Positions 26,001 to 32,000 of a stretch of 32,000 nt of DNA are shown here, one piece after another (within the stretch, counting starts at the first letter, position 1; the number at the start of each line of letters is the position of its first letter). The stretch lies in the NCBI RefSeq assembly GCF_000463155.2, contig NZ_AWFZ01000016.1, positions 811 to 32,810 of the forward strand, written 5' to 3'. Made by a program: the position numbers and the translations under genes. This DNA is from Siccibacter turicensis LMG 23730 (GTDB lineage Bacteria > Pseudomonadota > Gammaproteobacteria > Enterobacterales > Enterobacteriaceae). The notes beneath the pieces were generated by a model. It ran no database searches. It was not told where the DNA came from and worked only from the letters and a program-made list of their open reading frames with translations.

Positions 26001-28513
26001 GCGAAGTCAGCGCAATGGTGAAAAACGGTGACCTGATCACCGTTCCCAACCGCGGCGAGCCGCTGCTGGTCTCGCGGGCAACCTGGGAAATGGAGAAAGC
26101 CATTCTGCGTACCATTGAGGCTGGAAAAGACACTCAGGAGCCGCTGATGGAGCAGGTTGACCCGAAACTGCTTAATGGCCTGACGTCAGGACAGAAACAG
26201 TCAGCGATGCTCGTACTCGGCAGCCGGGATCAGTTCACCGGTATTCAGGGTTACGCCGGGGTGGGTAAAACCACGCAGGTGGGGGCGGTTAAGGCGGCAA
26301 TCGAGACCCTGCCGGCAGATGTCCGGCCGGAACTGCGCGGGCTGGCGCCGACACACCAGGCGGTTAAGGAGCTGAAGGACGTGGGCATGGTGGCCCAGAC
26401 GGCAAAATCGTTCATCGTTGAGCATGATCAGCTGGTCGCGGCCGGCCAGAAACCTGATTACCGTAACCAGGTGTTCCTGATTGATGAATCCTCAATGCTG
26501 GGTAACCAGGACACCGCGGCCGCGTATCAGGCGATACAGGCCGGCGGAGGACGCGCGGTCTCGATGGGCGATATCGATCAGTTTGAGTCAGTGGACGCCG
26601 GTGCACCCTTTAAGCTCATGCAGGAGCGCAGCCCGATGGACGTGGCCATCATGAAACAGATCGTGCGACAGAAGGACAGTAACCTGAAAGACGCCGTCCA
26701 CGACATTATCGATAACCGTATCGATGCCGCCTTGCGGCGCATTGAAAGCCAGCCGACAGACAAAGTGGACCGGATCAGTGATGCTCCGGTCCCCCCTTCC
26801 GGCCTGACAGAAACCGGCGATCCGGTAAACGACATCGTGGCGGACTGGGCGGGCCGGACACCGGCGGCGCGCGCCCGGACCATTATCATCACCCAGCTTA
26901 ACAAGGACCGGCAGGCGGTTAACCAGGGTATTTATCACAGCCTGGCAAAAGAGGGCTCGCTGGGACGGGAGGAAGTGACGGTGCCGGTACTGGAGAAAAT
27001 CAGCCGCACCCGTCACGAGTTCAACAAAACCGCGCCCTGGCAGAAAGGTATGGTGGTGAAACGGGGTGAGCGGTATCAGGATGTGATTGCCGTTGACCGG
27101 AACGGCTCACTCATCACGGTTCGGGATGAGAATGGCGATCTGGGGATGTATTCCCCCCGAGAGTTGCTGACGAACGATGTGCAGCTTTTCACCCGCGCGA
27201 AGATACCGGTGCGTACCGGGACAGAGCTGCGTTTCACTGCCACTGATCGTGAGCAGGGGCAGACCGCTAATCAGCGGTACACCGTAGATACCATCAGGGA
27301 AAACGGCGAAATGGTGCTGCGGGGCGCTGCCGGCACAAAGGTCATCAACCCGAATGAAGTCCGGGCCGAGCAGCATATCGATTATGCCTGGGCCGTGACC
27401 GGTTACGGCGCGCAGGGGGCCAGTAGTGATTATGTCATCTCACTCGAAGGTACCGATGGTGGCCGCCGCAATTTGGCCACGCAGCGGGCGTTTTATATCT
27501 CCACATCGCGTGCCAAAGAGCATGTGCAAATCTATACCGATGGCAGGGAAAAATGGATACAGCGGGTTAAAAGCGGGGAGTACGAAGACAAGACCGCGCA
27601 TGACGCTCTGAAGCCGGAAACCGAACGTAAACAGGCGAAGGCAATCTGGGCGATGGGCCAGCCGGTGAGTAAAACCGCCATTGGCAGGGCATGGTCCCGT
27701 CATCAGGACATGGGCAGCAGCAACCTGACTGCCCGTATCATCCCGGCTACCCGTCGTTTTCCGGAGCCATCACTGGCGCTGCCGTTGTATGACAACAATG
27801 GTAAAAGTGCCGGTCTGGCGCTGGTTTCTCTCGTGGCCAGTAATGAAGGCCGGCTGACGCAGGGGGATGTGCGTATGGTGGCCACACAGGGCGCGCGTGC
27901 AGCTGTACTGCAGCGCAGCCAGACCGGTCATACACATGTCGTGAAAGACATGGCTGAAGCACTGAGAGTCGCACGTGACCATCCCAGAGACGGAGTGGTG
28001 TGGCAGACCAGTGAGCAGGATGTCTCCGGACAGCTGATGAAAATTACTAAGGGTACAGATCAGCTGGCAGAACAGCGCCGGGCACAGAGCATTATTCAGG
28101 AGGTACCAGAAATCCGCTTGCCGGCAGACGTGCAAAAGGATGCCGAGAACGCGGTGGCACAAAAAGCTCAGGAGGCGCTGCAGCAGGAGCGTGAGAGGGA
28201 ACAAACCGACGCCAGCCGGATTATTCGTGACGCCCTGTCACTGCCGGATGCAGCCAGAAGCCGCGAAGAGGGACTTAACGCCGCGGCTGAGACGGTATCC
28301 CGTGGCATGGCTGACCGGACGCCGGAAAACATCAGGCTTCCGGATGACCCGGAGATCACGCGTAACCAGAGTGAGCTACAACGCGCTAGACAGGTGCAGC
28401 AAGACCTTTCCACACAGCAGGAGAATATCCGCCTGCCGGACACCGGCGAACGCGGGCGCGCCATCGAGCGCGATGAACCCACCCCCGTACAACATATCCA
28501 GAAAGAACGCTAA
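23075..28513 (+). CDS. traI: Relaxase/DNA helicase I TraI (MOB-F)
   Basis: ATGA overlap with the traD stop. 1812 aa. The N-terminus MMSVAPVASAGTAAGYYSNADNYYF carries the catalytic Tyr pair, and the metal triad is HDTSRNLDPQLHTHLLIAN. Helicase Walker A is GYAGVGKTT and Walker B is VFLIDESSM. The protein is colinear with recalled F TraI throughout (HIDYAWA.TGYGAQGAS, GRKYP-like RRFPEP..ALP..D.NGKSAG). Confidence 0.98.
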   Translation: MMSVAPVASAGTAAGYYSNADNYYFLGSLQSLWIGEGARELGLEGNVRGDDLTAVLEGRLPDGSRLGKEMNGIHVHRPGHDLTFSAPKSVSILALIGGDKDMLEAHDHAVRVAAGYVEKLISARDTKDGVTSIIQTGKMVAAAYTHDTSRNLDPQLHTHLLIANMTELNGKWKALATDYIHDAGFIETVMKMQVTLGKIYRGALRERVEALGHDVETVGKHGMWEIKGVPEDVREEYSSRGREIQGAIGAEATLRSRDVAAKDTRRAKVDPSRLRLMERWQTQMKEKGFDLKGYMESVSPREDRETRYPEPVPPAPVEKNGPGITRENENIPEVAARPERAPDTPAAPRSDREVPEPSPAMPGDHNRHDLTPSHDKQPEPAPRSVPEPRTPVADKPAPALRQEVLDAVKMAVSQLSDSKTRFTWGELMLTTTEFSDKLPDMKEVKQAIDASLKEGLIIPLDSEKGVFTSRIHLLDELSIQALSQEHIRAGSVVSFTRPELYAPASLEVVEQDSLVLMNAPGGVAGIRGLTSQIAGIAIGHGREVSVLASSAERATSLAKDETLRERLISRQHVVSGEFSLKPQSTLIIEGAERLGLKETLVLLGEARVKDAQLVFLDSAGRQANGNAMSVLESAGVPRSRRTEPSPGLETDVVSIPDKRNRYEALANRFAELSAGSEPVTAVVIGQREQKQLTGLIRDALQNAGQLERDGVTVEARSPVWLDGKTRRMPGSYRSGQVLEDRSDARETRHYVIDRVHEDTRMLSLIDGDGVVVRQKISSLTADWRLYNSENISVAEGEKLLAVAGDKAAGLKAKDRLQVTGVSDRGIEVVRDGKPLVLPADRPLYITHGYVAAPGGRDNDNGTVLAALNSRDITARTMNSLAQSGQRAEVFTAEAQDRAEARLQRMTDLSSPVQLVRRLSGQEDVSQAVGTLQQGVKSDAALAVHRAIADQRSVVFSELKLVEAAQGFHPDMVAVGREVSAMVKNGDLITVPNRGEPLLVSRATWEMEKAILRTIEAGKDTQEPLMEQVDPKLLNGLTSGQKQSAMLVLGSRDQFTGIQGYAGVGKTTQVGAVKAAIETLPADVRPELRGLAPTHQAVKELKDVGMVAQTAKSFIVEHDQLVAAGQKPDYRNQVFLIDESSMLGNQDTAAAYQAIQAGGGRAVSMGDIDQFESVDAGAPFKLMQERSPMDVAIMKQIVRQKDSNLKDAVHDIIDNRIDAALRRIESQPTDKVDRISDAPVPPSGLTETGDPVNDIVADWAGRTPAARARTIIITQLNKDRQAVNQGIYHSLAKEGSLGREEVTVPVLEKISRTRHEFNKTAPWQKGMVVKRGERYQDVIAVDRNGSLITVRDENGDLGMYSPRELLTNDVQLFTRAKIPVRTGTELRFTATDREQGQTANQRYTVDTIRENGEMVLRGAAGTKVINPNEVRAEQHIDYAWAVTGYGAQGASSDYVISLEGTDGGRRNLATQRAFYISTSRAKEHVQIYTDGREKWIQRVKSGEYEDKTAHDALKPETERKQAKAIWAMGQPVSKTAIGRAWSRHQDMGSSNLTARIIPATRRFPEPSLALPLYDNNGKSAGLALVSLVASNEGRLTQGDVRMVATQGARAAVLQRSQTGHTHVVKDMAEALRVARDHPRDGVVWQTSEQDVSGQLMKITKGTDQLAEQRRAQSIIQEVPEIRLPADVQKDAENAVAQKAQEALQQEREREQTDASRIIRDALSLPDAARSREEGLNAAAETVSRGMADRTPENIRLPDDPEITRNQSELQRARQVQQDLSTQQENIRLPDTGERGRAIERDEPTPVQHIQKER

Positions 28514-28529
28514 CCACAGGAACCTGAAC

Positions 28530-29312
28530 ATGCTGATTAAAACAGTTATTGCCACAGTAGTTACAACATACATTGGGTTTTCTTCCATTGCCCTCGCATC
28601 GACACCGGCGCCGGTATTCACGCCTGAGCAGGAAGCCCGGATTGGTGAGCTGGCCGAAGCGTACCTGCTGGAACACCCGGAAATACTGGTGCAGGTCAGC
28701 CAGAAGCTGCAGGCGCAGCAGACCGCCCGGCAGCAGATGGGGTTTGCCCTGAACGTCATGGAACATCAGGAGGCATTGCTCAATGACCCTGACACGCCGG
28801 TAACAGGTCCGAAGGAGGCAAAGGTGGCAGTAATCGAATTCTTTGATTACCAGTGTGTCTTCTGCAGCCGACTGGCACCGGCGATGGAAGACGTGATGAA
28901 AGCCAGCCCCGACACACGTTTTGTGTTCAAGGAATGGCCCATTTTTGCGCAGCGCTGGGAAAACTCACAAAAAGCAGCCGAGCGCGGTGTGGCTATCTGG
29001 AAAGAAAAAGGCGCGGAGGCTTACCTGACATATCACAGCGGCATCTACCACACCGGACATAGCGAAGGCGAGCTGACAGAACTGGACATTAAAACCGCCA
29101 GCGCAGCTGCCGGGTACACCCCTGTTAAGCAACTGGTGATGACTTCTGCTCTGGATAAGACGAACGCGCTGGCTCAGGCTCTTGGCCTGACCGGTACGCC
29201 AGGTCTGATTGTAATGCCGGTAAAAAATGCCACCCCGGAAAAAATTACGGTGTTCCCTGGCCTTGCTACGGCCGAACAGATCCTGTCTGCGATTGATAAA
29301 GCCAGCAATTAA
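28530..29312 (+). CDS. Periplasmic DsbA-family thiol:disulfide oxidoreductase with an N-terminal helical extension (ScsC/Com1-like architecture)
   Basis: ATG 28530 lies 17 nt after the traI stop; the upstream 130 codons of the track ORF overlap traI out of frame. It has a signal peptide. The thioredoxin motif is EFFDYQCVFCSRL (CVFC at 28854-28865). The cis-Pro region GTPGLIV lies near the C-terminus. Confidence 0.85.
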   Translation: MLIKTVIATVVTTYIGFSSIALASTPAPVFTPEQEARIGELAEAYLLEHPEILVQVSQKLQAQQTARQQMGFALNVMEHQEALLNDPDTPVTGPKEAKVAVIEFFDYQCVFCSRLAPAMEDVMKASPDTRFVFKEWPIFAQRWENSQKAAERGVAIWKEKGAEAYLTYHSGIYHTGHSEGELTELDIKTASAAAGYTPVKQLVMTSALDKTNALAQALGLTGTPGLIVMPVKNATPEKITVFPGLATAEQILSAIDKASN

Positions 29313-29368
29313 GTAACAGAAAGTCGTACTTATCCGCCAGAAAGTATCCTTCTCTTCACCTTTCCTGA

Positions 29369-29400
29369 GGCCGCACTCGCATGTGGCCCCAGCTTTATTA
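29369..29400 (+). terminator. Possible terminator of the tra operon
   Basis: 7-bp stem GGCCGCA (29369-29375) / TGTGGCC (29382-29388) including one G-U pair, with a 6-nt loop, followed by CCAGCTTTATTA. Confidence 0.3.
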
Positions 29401-29452
29401 CGCTTCCTCGCCAGTTCGCTCGCTGTCGCTCGGTCTCATGGTTGCGGCGAGC
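29401..29452. repeat. Copy B of the CGCTTCCTC...TTGCGGCGAGC motif
   Basis: CGCTTCCTCGCCAGTTCGCTCGCTGTCGCTCGGTCTCATGGTTGCGGCGAGC is in the same orientation as copy A, 8883 nt downstream. It strongly resembles the segment CGCTTCCTCGCTCACTGACTCGCTGCGCTCGGTCGTTCGGCTGCGGCGAGC that I recall next to the pMB1/ColE1 origin in pBR322/pUC vectors. Confidence 0.55.
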
Positions 29453-29475
29453 ATATGCATAAAAGGAGAATGTGT

Positions 29476-29940
29476 TCAGGACTTAAACAGCCGGCCATCA
29501 AAATCAAAGGGCACTGTGACTGCGTTACTCACTACCTTTCTGAGACCTGGATAATGAGGATTTATAAGGAAGTTGTGTTCAACAGGTAATATAGCGCTGG
29601 GAACCGCGAGCGCGAGTGCATTACCCTCCTTGATCCATATATCACCTATTGTTCGGACGTTATCAGGGGAGATTGGTGCATCCCAGTTTCGTGGCAAGGC
29701 TTCAATATCTAATACTTCAATAAGAGAGTCCGGGACGTCAATCGTTAGTAAGGTATATTTACCTAATCCGGGCGCCTCATGCATATGTACCAGCACTTCC
29801 AGAACTGCCAGAGATGCGCTACCAGTAGCGTATACCATCGCAGTACCTTCATGATTCCACCGTCCGCCATAATCGCGAGCGCCACTGCCGGTCCACGCCT
29901 CGGAGGCATAGCGTGTTTTTGTTAAGCGAAACAGCTTCAC
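29476..29940 (-). CDS. RES-domain toxin (ParT/MbcT family, NAD+-targeting) of a type II toxin-antitoxin pair
   Basis: 154 aa with a GTG start. The R-E-S signature is spaced correctly (GGRWN; SASLAVLEVLVH; AVPSAILP). GTGA overlap with the upstream antitoxin stop. Confidence 0.88.
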   Translation of the reverse strand: MKLFRLTKTRYASEAWTGSGARDYGGRWNHEGTAMVYATGSASLAVLEVLVHMHEAPGLGKYTLLTIDVPDSLIEVLDIEALPRNWDAPISPDNVRTIGDIWIKEGNALALAVPSAILPVEHNFLINPHYPGLRKVVSNAVTVPFDFDGRLFKS

Positions 29941-30380
29941 GAAAAGACGCCATGCTCGAGCCGGTTTATAAGTTTCAGCACTTCGAACGCACCAGCTTCA
30001 GAAGAAAGTAAATCAGCAGGTTTTTCCCATCCAAGTCCTCGAACAGGCTCATTCAGCCATTTCAGCGCGGCACCCTTGTCACCTTCAAACATCTCTACAG
30101 CCCGATCCATAACCCGTATCAGACGTACAAGACGTTCACTTTGTTCAGCAGTAAAACGGGCTTTGCTACTACGATTGAACGTTGTGCCAGGTATACCGGT
30201 CATATGACGTAATTCTGTTTTAGAAATGTTGGTCCATCTGGTGATTCGTTCAGCAACATCACCTTCAAGCCCTTCTTCAATCTGAGCTAGAAGTCCGAGG
30301 CCGTCACCACTGCTGAGGCCAGCGAACTGCCAGAGACGTTGTTGTTGCTTAGAAGCCAGAGTAGGGGAGTAGACTTTCAT
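29937..30380 (-). CDS. Xre-like/DUF2384 antitoxin (ParS/MbcA family) cognate to the RES toxin
   Basis: Start is ATG 30380 with GGAGG 5 nt upstream; the track start at 30392 overlaps that SD. The HTH-like N-half (ELRHMTGIPGTTFNR) and C-terminal block (A.KWLNEP...LG...P.DLL.S..G...V...L.R.E.G) are typical of antitoxins paired with RES toxins. Confidence 0.85.
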   Translation of the reverse strand: MKVYSPTLASKQQQRLWQFAGLSSGDGLGLLAQIEEGLEGDVAERITRWTNISKTELRHMTGIPGTTFNRSSKARFTAEQSERLVRLIRVMDRAVEMFEGDKGAALKWLNEPVRGLGWEKPADLLSSEAGAFEVLKLINRLEHGVFS

Positions 30381-30388
30381 AAATACCT

Positions 30389-30472
30389 CCATTTGGTCAT
30401 AATTTTACGTCCAAATGGTACAAAAAGAAAGGTTGCTACTATAACTTTGCGGTTACTACCATAGTCAAAGTT
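30389..30472 (-). promoter_or_regulatory. Putative promoter and two operator-like palindromes of the Xre-RES operon
   Basis: Read on the - strand, TTGACT (30468-30463) is followed by 19 nt and then TATAGT (30443-30438). The inverted repeat AACTTTG (30443-30449) / CAAAGTT (30466-30472) brackets the spacer. A perfect 8-bp inverted repeat CCATTTGG (30389-30396) / CCAAATGG (30411-30418) overlaps the SD. Confidence 0.35.
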
Positions 30473-30818
30473 AAGCTCAGACCTCCGGAGAAGGGCAAAA
30501 CTCAAATGTCTGCTTTGTGCCAGAAGCGGACGTTGCAAGGCACATAATGGTTCATTAAATGGCAGGGAATAAAGCAGGACAAGGCTTACATATGTCCTGT
30601 TCTGAGCGCATTTCTGTCCTGATGCATTCGCGGCGTGGGCCGCCGCCGGACTTTCCGCGCCGCTGGCCCTGCTGCACGTGCTGGAAAAAGACGGCCATCC
30701 GACCGTCTCTGACCTGAGCGGCAGCATTAGCATCGTCAGCATAGAACTGCTGACCGAAGAACTCGTGCGGGTTGATGTGTTCCCATCTCCAGCGGAGATA
30801 GATGGGTAAACCTCGCCG

Positions 30819-31676
30819 TTAAATAACGCCGTTAAAACGCATAACTTCGATAACGACCAGTCCGATGGCAAGAGCGCTAGTCGCAAACAGCAAGTAATCG
30901 CGCAGTCCTGCACGTTTTAACCGAGACGTCTTCTCTAATTCGCTGACCCGCGCTGCGATGCCTGTTGCGACGTTTTCCTGCAAGGTCAGCTTGTCCATCA
31001 GTAAGGCCAACTGTTGCTGGTACTGATCCGCCTGCTCTTCAAGGGCCAGAGCCAGCTTCCCTGACTGTTGCCCTTGCTCCTGCTGCTGTCGCTCGAATTT
31101 TGGGACAATCTGCTCCAGGAGGGCAAGCTGTGTTGCGTGCTCATCCTGACTTGCCTGCAAACGTTGAAGCATCTCCTCCTGCTGCCAGCTCAATGACTGT
31201 AACCGGTTAATCTCCTTTTCATGTTCCTCGACACGCTGTGCCTGTTCCAGTTTATCTTCCACCTGGGATTTCAGATGTTCAAGAATAGCCAGTGAGTTTT
31301 CACGGCTGCTGAGATCCAGCATCGTGTCGTTGTGTTTCAAGTCTCGAATCGTATTCATTAACGCCAGATGAAACTCTTTCAGCACGACATTTTTTTCTGA
31401 CTGGATTTGTAATAAACACTCGATCACTTCTTGGGTGATATTCAGACTACCACCCAGGCTTGCAATCATCGTAGCTAAGTCAGTGTCATTTCTCGAGGTG
31501 AGACTGCCACCCCAACGCGCCAAAAAACCCCGATTATTAAAGTTATCTGCCGCTTTTTGTATCCCTTTACTTCTCTCTTGTTCCTCTTTCAGCTTTTTGC
31601 CTATTTCGTGAAGATTTTTTTTGAAACTGGCGATGCTGGAGCCTTTGTTATTCTCAACAATCGTGACAACCGTCAT
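30819..31676 (-). CDS. Hypothetical tail-anchored coiled-coil protein, 285 aa
   Basis: ATG 31676 lies 1 nt after the upstream gene's stop (TAATATG); the track start at 31712 overlaps that gene. It has a long Gln/Glu/Leu-rich heptad-like region (LEQAQRVEEHEKEINRLQ...QLALLMDKLTLQENV) and a single C-terminal TM (DYLLFATSALAIGLVVIEVM). It is AT-rich. I recognise no family. Confidence 0.65.
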   Translation of the reverse strand: MTVVTIVENNKGSSIASFKKNLHEIGKKLKEEQERSKGIQKAADNFNNRGFLARWGGSLTSRNDTDLATMIASLGGSLNITQEVIECLLQIQSEKNVVLKEFHLALMNTIRDLKHNDTMLDLSSRENSLAILEHLKSQVEDKLEQAQRVEEHEKEINRLQSLSWQQEEMLQRLQASQDEHATQLALLEQIVPKFERQQQEQGQQSGKLALALEEQADQYQQQLALLMDKLTLQENVATGIAARVSELEKTSRLKRAGLRDYLLFATSALAIGLVVIEVMRFNGVI

Positions 31677-31677
31677 A

Positions 31678-32000
31678 TTAATGCGCTCCCAGCTTTTTAA
31701 TCTCTTCGGCAAGAGAGAAGCGAGTCAGTCTGATTACATCATTGTTCAGTTCTGCCGTATGCTCCCGGGTTTCACTCATCAGATTCACCGTGCTACCTGC
31801 ATATTTTTGCAGTTCAGCCACCATACCCACACTAGTTTCATGGTTAGCAATCAACTGCTGGAAAGCCTCCCGTCCTTCTGAGATATAGGCAGGTTCCGTT
31901 GAGAGTATCAGGCTGACGGCTTTAGGGACGATATCGGCCAAAAGGTAGCTGCTCAGCCCAAATCCCATCGCGCACAGGGAGGCAGAAATATAAGGGGCAA
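31678..32000 (-). CDS. Hypothetical protein, C-terminal part only (the frame is open to the window end)
   Basis: The reading frame continues without a stop from 31968 to position 32000 (..APYISASLCAMGFGLSSYLL.., hydrophobic), followed by a soluble helical tail. It is tightly coupled to the downstream coiled-coil gene. Confidence 0.55.
   Translation of the reverse strand, partial: APYISASLCAMGFGLSSYLLADIVPKAVSLILSTEPAYISEGREAFQQLIANHETSVGMVAELQKYAGSTVNLMSETREHTAELNNDVIRLTRFSLAEEIKKLGAH

Noticed and set aside
28140-28529. N-terminal 130 codons of the track ORF 28140-29312
   Set aside because: This part overlaps the traI 3' end in another frame and is Arg-rich nonsense. The DsbA-like protein has an obvious signal peptide starting at ATG 28530, just after the traI stop.
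29383-29589. 68-aa + strand ORF
   Set aside because: It starts within the terminator/repeat region and runs antisense into the 3' end of the RES toxin gene. It has no supporting signals.
30813-30836. Short direct repeat CGCCGTTAAA x2 at the 3' end of the coiled-coil gene
   Set aside because: It is only 10 nt, it spans the stop codon region, and it has no associated structure. It is most likely coincidental.
30377-30913. 178-aa - strand ORF
   Set aside because: It overlaps the 3' end of the coiled-coil gene, the GC-rich remnant region and the TA promoter and antitoxin start. It has no SD and a Ser/Leu/Cys-rich composition.
1-32000. Search for CRISPR arrays, tRNA/rRNA genes, IS elements, integrases or integron attC sites
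   Set aside because: I saw no regularly spaced direct repeats, no cloverleaf-like or rRNA-like segments, and no transposase, integrase or recombinase-like ORF in any frame of the track.

Overview
About 29 kb of this window is the distal part of an F-like conjugative transfer operon (F-type type IV secretion system plus MOB-F relaxase). All of it lies on the + strand and most genes are linked by ATGA/GTGA/TAATG start-stop overlaps. The order is traE-traK-traB-traV-(79 aa ORF)-traC-trbI-traW-[five non-canonical small ORFs]-traU-trbC-traN-traF-(two small membrane ORFs)-trbB-(89 aa ORF)-traH-traG-(traS-like)-traT-traD-traI-(DsbA-family gene). Calls rest on my recollection of F-plasmid Tra protein sequences, diagnostic motifs (Walker boxes, lipoboxes, the relaxase HxDxxx...HxH motif, CXXC) and synteny. 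I could not run any database search. Downstream on the - strand are a RES-toxin/Xre-antitoxin pair and an AT-rich two-gene operon of unknown function that runs off the window. I saw no rRNA, tRNA, CRISPR array or recognisable IS/transposase. The points most worth follow-up are listed here. (1) A block between traW and traU, which are adjacent in F, holds two tandem paralogous small genes, a hydrophobic micro-ORF, a ribbon-helix-helix protein and an acidic Trp-rich protein. (2) The TrbB homologue has CXXS instead of CXXC, and an extra CXXC DsbA-like gene sits where traX/finO would be. (3) AT-rich patches coincide with the partner-recognition segments: the centre of TraN, and the TraG 3' end plus an oversized TraS-like gene. 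(4) A strong intrinsic terminator lies 17 nt upstream of traT. (5) Two diverged direct copies of a ColE1-ori-proximal-like motif, possibly a PriA primosome assembly signal, bracket traD-traI-dsbA. (6) The 3' operon encodes a tail-anchored coiled-coil protein. The long antisense ORFs in the six-frame track are judged to be GC-codon artefacts.
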